This document shows positions 11,124-23,459 of a stretch of DNA of 64,000 bases, in pieces; position 1 is the first letter of the stretch, and every line of letters starts with the position of its first letter. The notes beneath the pieces are model-generated. The model saw only the letters and a program-made list of their open reading frames with translations. It had not been told where the DNA came from and searched no databases. The stretch spans positions 62,001 through 126,000 of the forward strand of contig CDROCS010006029.1 in NCBI GenBank assembly GCA_977020255.1, written 5' to 3'. Position numbers and translations under genes: made by a program. This DNA comes from Obrimoposthia wandeli. Its lineage: Eukaryota.

Positions 11124-11430
11124 TATGAAAGCTGTGAAACTTTCCTGTGAAATAAATTGCTTTTGATGATCTTATATTGTTTTGTGTACATTTATTTAAA
11201 GTCATAATATTTAAACTAGTAAAATAACCCACATAATGCTCATTATTTTGAAATATTTATTTTATTCTTATTGGTACATGCAATTATTACATTTATAGGG
11301 AATAATCTCAACAACCTTTTTATTTAATTTTTTAAGATTATAATATTAAATCAACGACGACTTTATATTTGCAAAGGTCCAGAAACGGACGACTAAATTA
11401 AAACAGTTAATTAAATTATTACATTTACAG

Positions 11431-11715
11431 TATCTCTTTGACTAATATTTGAGCTATTGTATCAGCTTTTTGGTTAGTCATTGCATAAGCTTTGACTCAT
11501 CTCGTTATATAATTTGTGAAAAAATTGTTTCCTTTTGTTGATCCCCTTAGTGGTCTAAGTATAAAGTATATATGAATAAATTTCATTACGGCTAACGGCA
11601 TTAGTTTTAGTGGCACTTTCGTTATCTGATCGGTATCTTTCCGAGTCAGACATACACGTTTTACATCAGTTTCCATAGCATCTTAATAATAGGATTTTGC
11701 GTAAGTTAAAATATT
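11431..11715 (-). mobile_element. Gypsy-type LTR retrotransposon integrase fragment
   Basis: Translates to CLTRK..KVPLKLMPL..FIHI..LRPLRGSTKGN..VKAYAMTNQKADTIAQILVKE, the region from the zinc-finger end into the rve core. Confidence 0.7.
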
Positions 11716-11969
11716 TACTATAATTAATTAAATATTTTGAGTTGATTAAAAATTTTTGCTTAATTTTTGTTTATTAAAAAATTGCACTTCAATATCATAT
11801 TGTTACAAGTTTTGTTATAAAATTAAAATTCGGTTGATGTTTGCGTTTTAAACTATTTTTTTTAATACATTAATAAAAAACCCTCAACCCTTCATAACCC
11901 TTCTCAGCCAGCCCCTTGAGGTGTGGCAAGCCACACTTATGATATTACATAACCACGTACTGTATGATG

Positions 11970-12064
11970 CAATCACTTGGTGAGGTGCGCACACATTCAC
12001 TTCCGGTTGGTGTGCGCACATAGGGAGGGGGTAAAGTGGGCTAGACTCCATCCTTCCACCTACT
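11970..12064. mobile_element. Solo Polinton-type terminus, family B (CTAGACTCCATCCTTCCACCTACT)
   Basis: Last 24 bp differ by one base from the end of the 41036-41597 element. Contains the GTGCGCACAC...GTGTGCGCAC inverted repeat. Confidence 0.7.
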
Positions 12065-12521
12065 CTATCCTACGGTAGTTTTCTGTGTAAATTGACTAAA
12101 CATGTAATATTTGCGATGGTGAGATATTGGATTAAAAAAGGATGCTCACTTCTAACTAAGTTACTAGTAATTGATAAAGATTGCAGAAAAACGTCAGAAT
12201 TTAATAGTCAGCTGAATTACAACTATTTTTCTCTCATGTTCTCCAGACATTTCGTAAAGAATTACGCCAGAAAGCAAAACTGCAGTCGAAGCAATTTCAC
12301 AAAATTACCTCATGCTAAATGTGAAGTTAAACTTGCTATCTTATTTCAAATTTTTGGTTGTTATAAGTTATGAAAGTATAAATAATGTTATTAAAAAGTG
12401 ACATTAAACTTATGATCACTATCGACATATTTCCTTCATTAACACGACAAACAATCAAACTCAATCTTACACTTTATCAAGATGTATTGTTTGGAAAATA
12501 TAATTTCAGTATTCACTATAG

Positions 12522-12830
12522 CAGGGGTTCCTAAACATCTTTGGCCGCGGAACTCTTTGGTATTATTTTAAAAATATTGGAACCCTTACATTTTTAAAAA
12601 TTCTTAAAACCATAAAGTGAAGAATTAAATTTAATTATATAGAAAAATGAATATAAAATTTAAAGTTAAACTAATGAAGTATTTATTAAGTAGTTATAGT
12701 GCGAGTAACGTAAATGCCATTTCTTTTTTAATTAAATTTCGGCTCGCGGAACCCTGCTTTTGTTTACAGAACTTTAGGGTTCCGCGAGAGGTGAACAGGG
12801 ATTCTCGTAGGAGGTTGATAATCAAATTCC
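12522..12830. mobile_element. Degenerate hAT-type MITE
   Basis: Starts CAGGGGTTCCTAAAC with internal GCGGAAC/GGTTCCGCG motifs. Right TIR and TSD not recognisable. Confidence 0.45.
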
Positions 12831-15014
12831 ACCTAAATTGTGGCACTTTCGATGAATTAAATAATTTAATAGAGTCCCAGATCGGATTAATCAATTAATT
12901 TAAAACGCATAATGACAGCTCATCCAAATAACAACAAAAAACGCTATTTGAACATTAAAAATCTGAGATGGGTAACTGTCGATAGTTAAATTTTAAATGA
13001 AAACCCTGCGATTCTAATGCAAACAAAATCAGTATATAAGCGGTATTTTCTGCTTACGACTAAAATGATAGATTTTGCTTCGGATTGCTTAGAAACGTAA
13101 AATGAAAAATACTAATAAAAATTTGTTTTAAATTTAAGTAAATGTCAAATTAATTTTATTTACCATTTTTATTTGAACTCCAGTTTAATCACTTATATCG
13201 TTAATTAAGTTGTTCATTTTATTAATCAAACTTTTGCTGTATCTGGTGAAGCGAGTGGTTAGAAGTACTGGAGTTGAAATTTCCTCAGCTTATTCTCAAA
13301 CTTTACATGGATGCAAGGTGTGGCCTTCTTCTTTGAAGTCGCATGATTTGATACTAATGCCTAGTGGGACATTTCAAATAAGTAGAACTGACAATATCGG
13401 ATAAACCAGAGTCCCTCGTGTGCTGACTCATATAATAACTTATGACAATCAGTTGAATATTGGCTTCAGCAACAGTCTAAATATAACAAGAATATAAATT
13501 AAAGCAAATACATCTGTAGCACTAAAATTAATTTCTGTGCGAATTTTGAATTTTTTACCCATCAACTCTTCTTCAACAATTCTCTGAAAACTTCAAAGGA
13601 TTGCATTGGATTCCCAATACTTGGTATGTTCATTTTGTTTTCTTCTTTTAACTGGTATTGATGAACTAAACATTAACTCAACATTTAAAACTTGAAAATT
13701 TTCATTTAAAATTTCGCAAACAAATTCATTTAAAGGGGGGAACATGAAAGGCATGTGAATACTGTAGCTGGATCCCATCATTAGATCGGTTAAGAATAGA
13801 TTTGCCTAATTAAACACCAGTTTCAAATCTGGGCTCTAAATGAACCTCAATTCAATACCATAAAGCGTTTAATTACTGGGAGGAAGCCCCAGCAATATCG
13901 ACGAGCATACAGCCCGTCAAATATACATTTCCTGTCAATGCGATCTTAAATCAAATATCCTTTAATAGTTTAGACATTTTTGTTTTATCTCAACAAACTT
14001 TCATCCCTGATTCTCGGAATCATATTTTAATTATTTTAATCCATAGAAAAGGAAAATTACCATGACAATTAAATTTAAACAACTTTTAATAATCTTAATA
14101 AACGTGTTATCTCTTTGCCTTCTCAAAATTGGAAACGCTAAAAGACAGGTAGGACTTTCTTGGCCAAGACGATATAGATACATTTCCTGGAGAAACATTG
14201 CATCGTTCACGAGTCCAATGATGTACAGAGCTTTAGAAAAATGAACTGAGTTATTTAATCAGAAGCCAGAAATATCCAACCGAATATATGTTCATGAAAT
14301 CCCTGAAAACTGGAAAAATCTGGTGTTTGTAGAATCTACTCTTTTAAATTATGTCAACAAAGGAAAACTTAACTGGCGATTACGGCGAAATAAATGTAGT
14401 GACGAGTGATACGAGTGAAGCGGTAAATTCAGCAATTGATACAAAATGATTTGAAGAAAATTTATTAGAAAATAAATCCATTGTTGATAAAGTATTTGAA
14501 CTTGCAAAGGTGAAACAATTATAAGGCGGAAGATACGCAGCGTTCAGCATTATAGTTAGAAATGCATTGAGGCATGATGGAAAACAATGTCAGCAAAGAT
14601 AAGATGACTGATCTTTTTATTATTTATTCCCATACCCAAGACGGCCTCCAACTGCTCCAATTTCATATCTTTGGGGTTTGTCGGGTTTTCCTCCTCCCGT
14701 CAATCACTTTAGGAGTTGTTTGGTCCCCACTCCCATCATAACCTTCAGTGGCAATAACCACGCTTCTGCTACCATATTGCTTTCGACTTGTCATATTTAA
14801 ACCACAAAAAATGATAATTTTCTTTGCCGAAGTCTAAAAATACACAATCACTTTTCTTCTAAAAAACAAATAAAACCTCTTCAAAACTTCCAGCTTCTCT
14901 CTGTCTCTTATATACTGCTGCCACTTCAAAATAATCCATTCAAAATTGATTGTTTTTTAAATGAATAATATAGCCCGCGATGGCTAAAAACTAGATGAAT
15001 TACGTTTTTCCAAT

Positions 15015-15130
15015 ATTTGAAGTTAATGAAAAGGTGCTTGTTAAAAATGTCCCAATAAAAAGAAGCAATATCGACCAGTATGAAGGCCCATATAGAATAA
15101 TATGATTCTTGAGTCCATGACAGTTGATAT
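15015..15130 (+). mobile_element. Gypsy integrase C-terminal GPY/F-motif fragment
   Basis: FEVNEKVLVKNVP..DQYEGPYRII. Confidence 0.6.
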
Positions 15131-15189
15131 ATTTGATAATTTGTTATATTTGATTATAATTTTCAACTAATTCATTAACAACATTTTCG

Positions 15190-15420
15190 TCTTCAGTAAT
15201 AACAGCAGCTATAATGATCAGCAAAATTATATTTTCAGCAATAACAATAAAATACTGATCAGTTAAAATTCTGTTTTAATCAGTAACCACAATAACAATG
15301 GTCAGCAATAATTTAGATTTTCTGTAATAACAGCAATAATTATGGTCAGTAATATTCTCTGTTTTCTGTAATAACAGTAATAAATATGATCAGCAATAAT
15401 TCTTCTTTTCTGTAGCAATT
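15190..15420. repeat. Degenerate tandem array, about 6 units of 41-45 bp
   Basis: TC(A/T)G(T/C)AATAAC..GRTCAG units at about 15193, 15235, 15280, 15321, 15365 and 15409. Confidence 0.75.
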
Positions 15421-16229
15421 TAAAAAAGTACTTTTAGAAATTATATCAAAGCTCTCTATGCCAAACAATTTTATATTCATTTTTCTATCATAAGTGACAT
15501 TACATAAATTTGCAGACACACACGTAAATCGGCACCACTACACAGATAGAAGCAGTAAAATAAAATGTGTGTATGTGGTGCACTTAAAATTGGATAGGCA
15601 GAAAAATAGATAGAGGATGCAGTTATATCTTCTCTGTTATCTCCTACTTCGCGGGCAATTTTTCTACCACAAAGCACAAATTAAAAACTGGACATCACTG
15701 ACAAAAATCGCTGTTCAACTATGGGCACTTGATAAATTGATTTAAATTTAAATTGGAATATTTTAATTCCTAACACAGTTATCAATTCAGTTTCCAAGAG
15801 GAATCTTTCCCAAGAGAATCGAATGGCTGAATAAGTGCAAGCTTGAATAGTGAAGGGTAGAGTAATGTATTTAGAAGCCGGAAATATACTATCGAGAATA
15901 TTTGTTCATTAAATTCCTGTATACATGAACAAATCTTCCGTCAGTAGAAGCTGTAGACATTTGTATTTAGACCTGCCTATCGACATTTTAAAAGATTAAG
16001 CACTACTATAAAAGTCAACCAACTGCTGTGTGAAGCGCAATTGAGAAAGGAGTGAACAGAAATTTAGGTGAGATTAGTGTGAGATGTGTATTTACTATGG
16101 CGATCTAAAGTTGCGCTTAAACATCACAAGATGATTTAATATTTTATTTTTAATCATTTATTCATTTAAGTACTATGCTTACAAAATTAATTTTTTTTTA
16201 ATTAATCGCTTTCAGAACAAAACATTTCT

Positions 16230-17854
16230 ATTTCTTATTATGTAAAAGAATTAGGTATGTTTCCACATTTGACGGCAAAAATTTGCGGTCGTTTGATAAC
16301 AATTTGCTCAACATTGAAAAACTCCGTTCCACCGATGCAGATGTTGGTTGACATAACTGCAGAAGCTCGTACCATGACAGTGAAATCTCACCTAGATTCA
16401 TCGTAATATCGTTGAAACCGTTATTCTTGATGATCCGAGAATTTGCATATGTTCAAATATTGCAAGGGTCTTCATCGAAGTTTAAAGAATGGAGATCAGC
16501 CCAAGCTTCCCGAATGCTGTAAATAGTTGACTCGCATTTGACTACTAATTTTGTCAAGCATTCATAACATCTTTTAATATGAAGCAGATTGCGAGGAAGG
16601 TTCGCTGCATTGACATATGAAATCGCATGGCTGATTATGCGTCCATCACCTTCCTAGTGGCCTACAACTGTCTTAACAAATGGCCAATTATCGGAATAGT
16701 AAAATGAAGCTTCTAGCCACGATGCCCAGCGAGTGGGAATAGGTTGTGGAGGATAACCTATGGAAGAAAACTCTTATCGACAGCGCTTGCATTTCACAGT
16801 GGCCGCTTTAACTCTGTCAATAAGTTCATCAACCCTTGAGAATAATGCTCGGACCTTTTCAGCACAATTGTGAATCAAATCAGCAATGCACGTTACATGG
16901 AATAACCTCGGATAAATGTGCTTAAGTGCCAGACCAGCTGCTGTCATGCAACGAGCAGCGTCGGTTAATAGAAGAACAAAGTTAAATCTATTCGATTTTA
17001 TTTGCTTTAACAACATCAACAGCGTGGATAATTGTAAATTGGTTGCATTTTTCATTTAGCGGTGTACACTTCAATAAATATGTTTTTTTTCTAGTGTGTC
17101 AAGGCGGCCAACGAGTATAGTTAAATATTTGTTACCGTTAAGGTCACTTTCATCAACTACAAGAAGAAAAAAGAAGCTTCAGATATTAAAGAATGTACTC
17201 GCAAAGTATCTTATTCTGCTAGAGAAGGTACATACGTTCGACAGGTAGTCACCGAAGGAAGTGATTGTCCCAAAGATAAGAAAAACTCTCGTAGCTCATT
17301 GTTGTGCAACTTATGTAATGGGATATCAGCTGCAAGCCATTCCCGTATTAGTCTCTTATTGAAATCGCATTGCTTACCTGCAGTCGAACTAGAAGGCATG
17401 AATGTTTGTATAGATGTGCCACTGCAAATTTGAAGTTCTTTGACATGCTTCGATGAACGGAGATCAGACGCGATGATTTGGTTACATAATTGACATAAAA
17501 TCTCCTTTTGGTATTACAATAAATTCTTTGGGATGGTCCTTCGCATATTTTTGGACTTTTGATATTTTGGAAAACGATGTACGAGGCATTTGAAAATTCT
17601 TGGTAAGTGAGTAAATAAGTGATTAAAACTTACTTAAATGTGAAATGGATTTATAAAATGTATTTGATATAGATTAAATAGAAAGAATAGTAAGCCGTTA
17701 AGAATAGATAATATGGTCGAATAGAAGTCGCAAAGGTTGCACTTATTTTCAAAAGTTGCAAAAGTTGCATTAATAAATCGGTTATGAAGTTGTATCATAA
17801 GCTTCCTAAGACGATTTTAGAAAGGAGGAAAAAAGTTGCATTTTGTTTGCCCTG
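16230..17854 (-). mobile_element. hAT-superfamily transposon, near-full-length degenerate transposase
   Basis: LLLTDAARCMTAAG..LFHVTCIADLIHNCAEKVR (hAT catalytic region with CxxH-like motif) and C-terminal MLSKLLSNDRKF. Terminus CAGGGCAAACAA at 17854. Confidence 0.75.
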
Positions 17855-18143
17855 GTATTTACTGTTTTACATGCAGAAATTGAATTAAAAAGAGTCGGAA
17901 GTATAGTCCTAGTCAAAGACATAAATTAAAAATCCGTAAAAAATAAACGACAAAATCAATTAATGTCAGGCAGTATAACTGTTAGTCACCTGAAAATCCA
18001 AAATTCCAGCAGCACTCATAGGCTGATGGATAAATAGAAGAATCAGAAAAACTTCTGCCAACAGTTTCTGATTAAACAATTCCAAGGGAATTTCAAAGAA
18101 TTGAAATAAATTAAGAGGCGAGCCGAAGTTTAAGGTTTAGAGG

Positions 18144-18420
18144 ATGTCCTCTGGAGGTTCAAATATAAGTTTGTTATTAAGATCACGTGGGTATAAACTG
18201 ATCAAAGGCAGTTTCACTAAAGAACTTTATTCTGAGTTCAAAGTAGAGCTTTGCCGTCATATGGGTCCTTCATCGAGGCAGTACCTTGTTCATGACAATA
18301 CATGCTCAGAATATCAGGTTTTAAATTTGCCTCCATGTTCTCATTTTCTAAACTCGCTTGAATTGGTATTTTTCATGTGGAACTCATACAAGGAAACCAA
18401 TGAATGGTTCACACATACAT
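18144..18420 (+). mobile_element. IS630/Tc1-like DDE transposase remnant
   Basis: LVHDN...VLNLPPCSHFLNSLELVFFMW resembles MDN...LPPYSPxLNPIExxFxxW. Confidence 0.6.
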
Positions 18421-18819
18421 GGCAGAGCAACGTCTCAAAGAATGGAGAAAATAAAGAGGACCAAGACATTTCTAAAGATCGGAATAAGGACCTCAATAAG
18501 CGTGGAAATGTTAGCGAAAAGAATGAATTTAGAAAATATATATGAAAATTAATTATAGCGTCGAAAATTTTGTGAATAAATTGTTTGTCTTTCTACTCAA
18601 TATTTTAATTAATCTTCGCATAAATACCAAAATTTCACATCTAAAGTTCTTAAAATTAATATTAAAAATTGTGATATTTTATAGATTTACTCGGTTAAAC
18701 AAAGCTAGATTTCATTGACACACAAAGCTCTCTGAGTTATGTTTGATGTATTACCCACCTTTATTAGAGAGCCTGCCTCACATTTTTGCACGTGCTTCCG
18801 TTGAAAAAGGCAATTTGTC

Positions 18820-19000
18820 ATGCAACTCCCTCGACAATGATTTCACCAACTTTACATATTTGCTAAATAATTGGCCTGCTCAGCCGTTGACCTGTTAGGG
18901 ATAGAGAACTTGTGGAATTCGCTTAACTATTTAAAATGCGCAATCCACGAACAATAGAATTATTATGGATATTTAACCAAGAATGTAATACCATCATAGA
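18820..19000 (+). mobile_element. Tc1 transposase remnant
   Basis: Frameshifted NWPAQ / DLLGIENLW, matching the WPAQSPDLNPIENLW motif. Confidence 0.55.
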
Positions 19001-19687
19001 CGAACGATTTATAAATAAACAGTATCGGTAGGCAAAACTTCTAAAGTTTTGCTTCCAACTAATCTTATCTTAAAACCATTTTTATCTCAATTGACCTGAA
19101 ATATGTTGAAATTTGGTACAGGGGAAAATATATTCACTGATTTTTATCATATTGAAAATTGATTAAATTACTACCATTAGTCTTACAAATGATATAATTG
19201 AATAAAATTAATATACATAGTTTTTTGTTTTCTCGGTTTTATTTTAAATAAAGGTAGTAAGGTTAAAATCTTTTGTGAATATAATATAAGAAATTACCTT
19301 TAGAAAAGGGAAAGACATTTTTACAATATAGTTCTTCATTATCTTAGTTGATTTCTAAGGTTTCAAATTTGATAAGTACGCTTCGTGAGCGCTTTGGATC
19401 CTGAAGTAGTTTGTATTACTATTCACTTATCAAAAAGTTACAATGGTATCTAAATTAAATAAAACTATATTTCAACATTAGTTTTAAGATAAATTTAACT
19501 TTCAGACATTAAATAAAAATTAAACAAAATAACTGAGCCAAAATGATTTCTTGACGTTTTATTAATTACATCAGTGAACACAATGTCAACTTTATCAATG
19601 TTATAATAGGATAAAAAGATCAAGACAAAATTCCAATATACATGAAAACAGTAATTTCACCAATAATACGGTTGAATCTCAACAAAA

Positions 19688-19909
19688 TTATTGATAATAT
19701 AATTCTAGATTCATACCGTCGTGAATTTCATAATCATCCAGACTGATATGATCTTTAAAAACCGTATACCATTTCTTTAAAACAATCTTTTCGGGCCTTG
19801 TTCCTGTTTGAGCGGCAATTAACTTCTTTAAATCACCAATTTTGTCTTCTGCGTTACATTTAACTCTAACTTTTTTACCAAGACGGTCGTTGATAATAAT
19901 TTCAATCAT
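19688..19909 (-). CDS. UBL5: Ubiquitin-like protein 5 (Hub1), intronless, 73 aa
   Basis: [67 protein letters not shown] is the canonical UBL5 sequence. Confidence 0.97.
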   Translation of the reverse strand: MIEIIINDRLGKKVRVKCNAEDKIGDLKKLIAAQTGTRPEKIVLKKWYTVFKDHISLDDYEIHDGMNLELYYQ

Positions 19910-20599
19910 ATTTACTTTATTTATACACAAAATAGTTATTTTTAAAACTTTAATATTGTTATATATGTATAATTAGTCGGTATATTACTAGCAAATGACA
20001 ACAGTATGTTTGCTAATAAGAAATACAATATTCATAGAAATAAAAAACTAAACTAATGTTATGTAGATATTTCATGTATGATTTACATGGGTTCAACATT
20101 CGATTTTAAAAGAGAAATTAAATCAATGTATACAAAAAACTGTAAACAAGTGTTGATATGACGTATATTTGAAAAGGTAAAAAATATTACCTTAATACTA
20201 CCTTAGAATAACTATTTAAAATTCTTTTCGATATAAATTATCTTTTAATTTCTAAAGTTTAAAGCTTTAGTATACTTTTTATTAAATAACTCAGTTTATT
20301 CTAATTTAAACAAACATTATTTGATAGCAGTATTTAAACTACGAAATATAGATAATTATCAAATTAATAATACATATTCACGATTTATATATATTCGAAA
20401 TTAAAACATTAAAATCTTTATAACTATATAGAACTTTTTTTATATAAAAAATGACAGAAAAAAAATTATATAAAAATATTAGCATTAATAAATTATTAAA
20501 TAAATTACAATTTACTTTACTAATTCTAATTGTAAAATATGTATGTACTAAGGTTAGTTTCTGAAATATGACACATAAGGAAATAGGCCTGATTTGCTT

Positions 20600-21172
20600 G
20601 GTTACTTGATGTCAATTGTATGCAATAGATAACAAAATATTTTGTGAATGATATGGTTCGAAATTTCAAGACAAATAATGCAGAATTATCGCGAAAGTTG
20701 TGTCAGAAATTTAGATGGTACAAATAGTAGTTTAAGAATGACTCATTACTAATGAAGACGAAAATTTAAACATCAGTATCGCATCAGAACTTCTGTCAGC
20801 CCCCTCAACAACAATAGCAGTTGAAAGATCCTTCTCTATTCTTGGAAAAATTATTACAAAGGATAGGAGATTTTCAGCCAGTTCGGTTAAACAGTACATG
20901 ATGCTGTACTACAATACATCATTAAACTAGTGTTGAATGGCTTATTTTTGTATAGATTTTTATTTTGTATAGTTTATTTAAATAACATCATAACTTTTTT
21001 GCAAAGATATACAGAAAAGTGTGTATATTTCGCATAAAAATGCATATTTTTTCTGCATATTTTTGGAAAAAAATGTGCATATTTCGCATAAAAATGCATA
21101 TTTTTCTGCATATTTTTGGAAAAAAATGTGCATATTTCGCATAAAAATATGCGCATAATATTGGTTGCCCTA
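20600..21172 (+). mobile_element. hAT transposon 3' end with subterminal TGCATATTT repeats
   Basis: ELLSAPSTTIAVERSFSILGKIITKDRRF (hAT dimerisation domain), then ~52-bp repeats at 21030-21150 and terminus TTGGTTGCCCTA, similar to the 17854 TIR. Confidence 0.75.
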
Positions 21173-21482
21173 CTCATTAGTAATAGCTCTATTTTACGTT
21201 TCATATGAGGGGTTGGTTATTTTTTATGAGGTACGTAACAAATTTAAAAGGTTTGTTTATGTCCATTAAAAATTAATTAATATGTTAAATCAGTCTTTCC
21301 TTATAAAAATAGAAAACAAATTCATTTGGATACGGCAAAAGTGTTAAGGAAATAAAATTAACTGACAAAAAAATGAAAATGGATTTAAGAAAAACTATCT
21401 AAGTTCAAGACTGTATAACTGAATTTAATATTAAAATTACTATCATTTTGGGAAAATATTAGTTGGATAAACGTAATTTGAC

Positions 21483-22715
21483 TAGTTTTAAGCCATTGTG
21501 GGCTATAATAATTATTTTGTCAAGGTCGATATTGTATTGATCGTTAGCCTGGAAGCAGCTTTTTGCCATTTAGATGGACTGGGATTGTCTGAAGCCTCTC
21601 GACTATATAGGAAACTAAGAGACGCTATCAAAGTGAAATTTTATAGTTATTTTAGATTTTGTTTATAGAATACAAAGTTCGAAAAAATCTTGTTATTTTA
21701 ATATATGATGAATAAAAAGTATAAATAATATATATTTTGTTATTAAAGAAGGCAGTAATACGAAACTGAAAAATGAGTGGCTGAAGACATGTTTCAAGTC
21801 TGGAAAGAAACATTATTTAGACCAAAGTTTTGGTTTAAAATCGATACATTTCAATGTCATGGAAAGCAGTTTGAGAGATGAAGTTATGTGGTAAATGCTT
21901 GTGAAAAGGTCACTTAGGGAAATGATTGTGGGCGCTCCAAGATGTGTAGACATGAATTTAAATAATAAAAGAGTTATGATGATGCAACATTTGTGGTTTA
22001 AGTAGAAGTGACACAATAGAACAAGGAGTGATGGTGTTGCAAACGGTACCGGTTATATTAGAAAGTACATGAAGAGCTTTTACAGGAAGACATTCGATTG
22101 GAAGAGCAAGTGAGAAAGTTTTGGGAAATAGAAGAACTGATTTTGCCATTTGAGCGGCAGACGATTAATGATAAGAAAGTTATAGATAAAACACTCGAGA
22201 CAATTAAGGTGTTAAATGGAAGATATATGGTAGGAATACCATGGAAACAGGATCAGAAAAACATCTTAACTTATGAAGAAATGGCTAGAACTCGGTTATA
22301 TGGAATTGAACGTAGACTTAATAAAGAAATACAAATAAAAAAGTAATACATATCATTGATAGAAAATCAAATCAAAAAAAGTTATGTTCGAAAAATCGAT
22401 GAGGAAGAAAGGAAAGATACAAGTGGCTGATTTCGCATTTTCCATTAATAAGAATACGCTGACTTTTTAATTTTAATTAGTTTTAAGCCATTGCGGGTTG
22501 GTATAATTATTTTTGCCAAGATCAAATTTGTATCGATCGGTGGCCTGAATCAGCATGCTGCCATTTGTATTGGCCATGATTGCCTGAAGCTTCTCGTCTA
22601 CATTAGATGCTAAGAGGCTATAAGAGGCTAATAGAAATTTTATCGTTATTTTTATGTTTTATTTATAGAATACAAAGTTCAAGAAGATTTTGTTATTTTG
22701 ATATATGATGAATAA
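21483..22715 (+). mobile_element. BEL/Pao retrotransposon pol fragment between two diverged ~235-bp direct repeats
   Basis: 22098-22460 encodes VRKFWEIEE..GRYMVGIPWK..ARTRLYGIERRL, a BEL/Pao signature. Repeats at 21483-21715 and 22478-22715. Confidence 0.7.
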
Positions 22716-23459
22716 GGAGAAACAATATTAGTTCTAAATAAAAATTGTTTGCTATAAATTACCTATTGATATTATTTAAAGGTATTTCAAAATAAAAGTT
22801 AGGATACCTTAAAAACAGTGATGCTAACATTTATATGTAAGTATTGATATCAGGCAACACTGAATCGCATTTCATTTAAAGTCAATCTATATCTTGCTTT
22901 AGTACCAGTATCTTACTGAAGCAGATTGTAAGATTTTTAAGAATATTTAGTTATATTATGACAAAAAAAATCTAAACGATCTACAAGTGATCTACTATCC
23001 CAAGTAAATGACAGAGCTGTTACTCAAAATAAGTTTCAAAATGAAATCTCCTTACTTGAAACGGAAATAACTCGTTATACAACATATGAGAAGTTAAAAG
23101 TAACAACATTTAGGCAACAACCATTTTGTAGCTTAAATTTCTGATTCTGATTCTGATTTTTTAAGGTCAACGAAAATTCACATAAAGGGAAAAAGCATAG
23201 GAGTTAGCGACATCCAGCATCAGCAACACCAAGGTAATTCGAGTGTTGATCTGATCATGATTTACTATTCGTAGGACTTTAAACTAATCCAACCATTCGG
23301 TCTGCACCCGAATCAAGATAATCAGTATATAAGGAAAACAGTTAAATATTGATTGCAGTAAATTAATGTTGAACAATTTTTTAGGTGACGTTATCAAGAA
23401 GTAACGAGGAATTTTAATACGTGATCACTGAACGAATTTGAAGACGAAACTTGAACGAA

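Noticed and set aside
19910-19930. N-terminal extension MCINKVN of the UBL5 ORF
   Set aside because: Non-ATG start from the ORF caller; the canonical protein begins at the ATG at 19909.
17854-21172. Idea that the two hAT termini bracket UBL5 as a composite transposon
   Set aside because: Both termini face the same direction on the plus strand, so they are not an inverted pair, and no TSD is visible.
21755-21810. Hammerhead-like words (CGAAAC, CTGAAGA)
   Set aside because: Order and spacing do not allow stems I-III. Other CGAAAC sites I inspected also lacked a hammerhead core.
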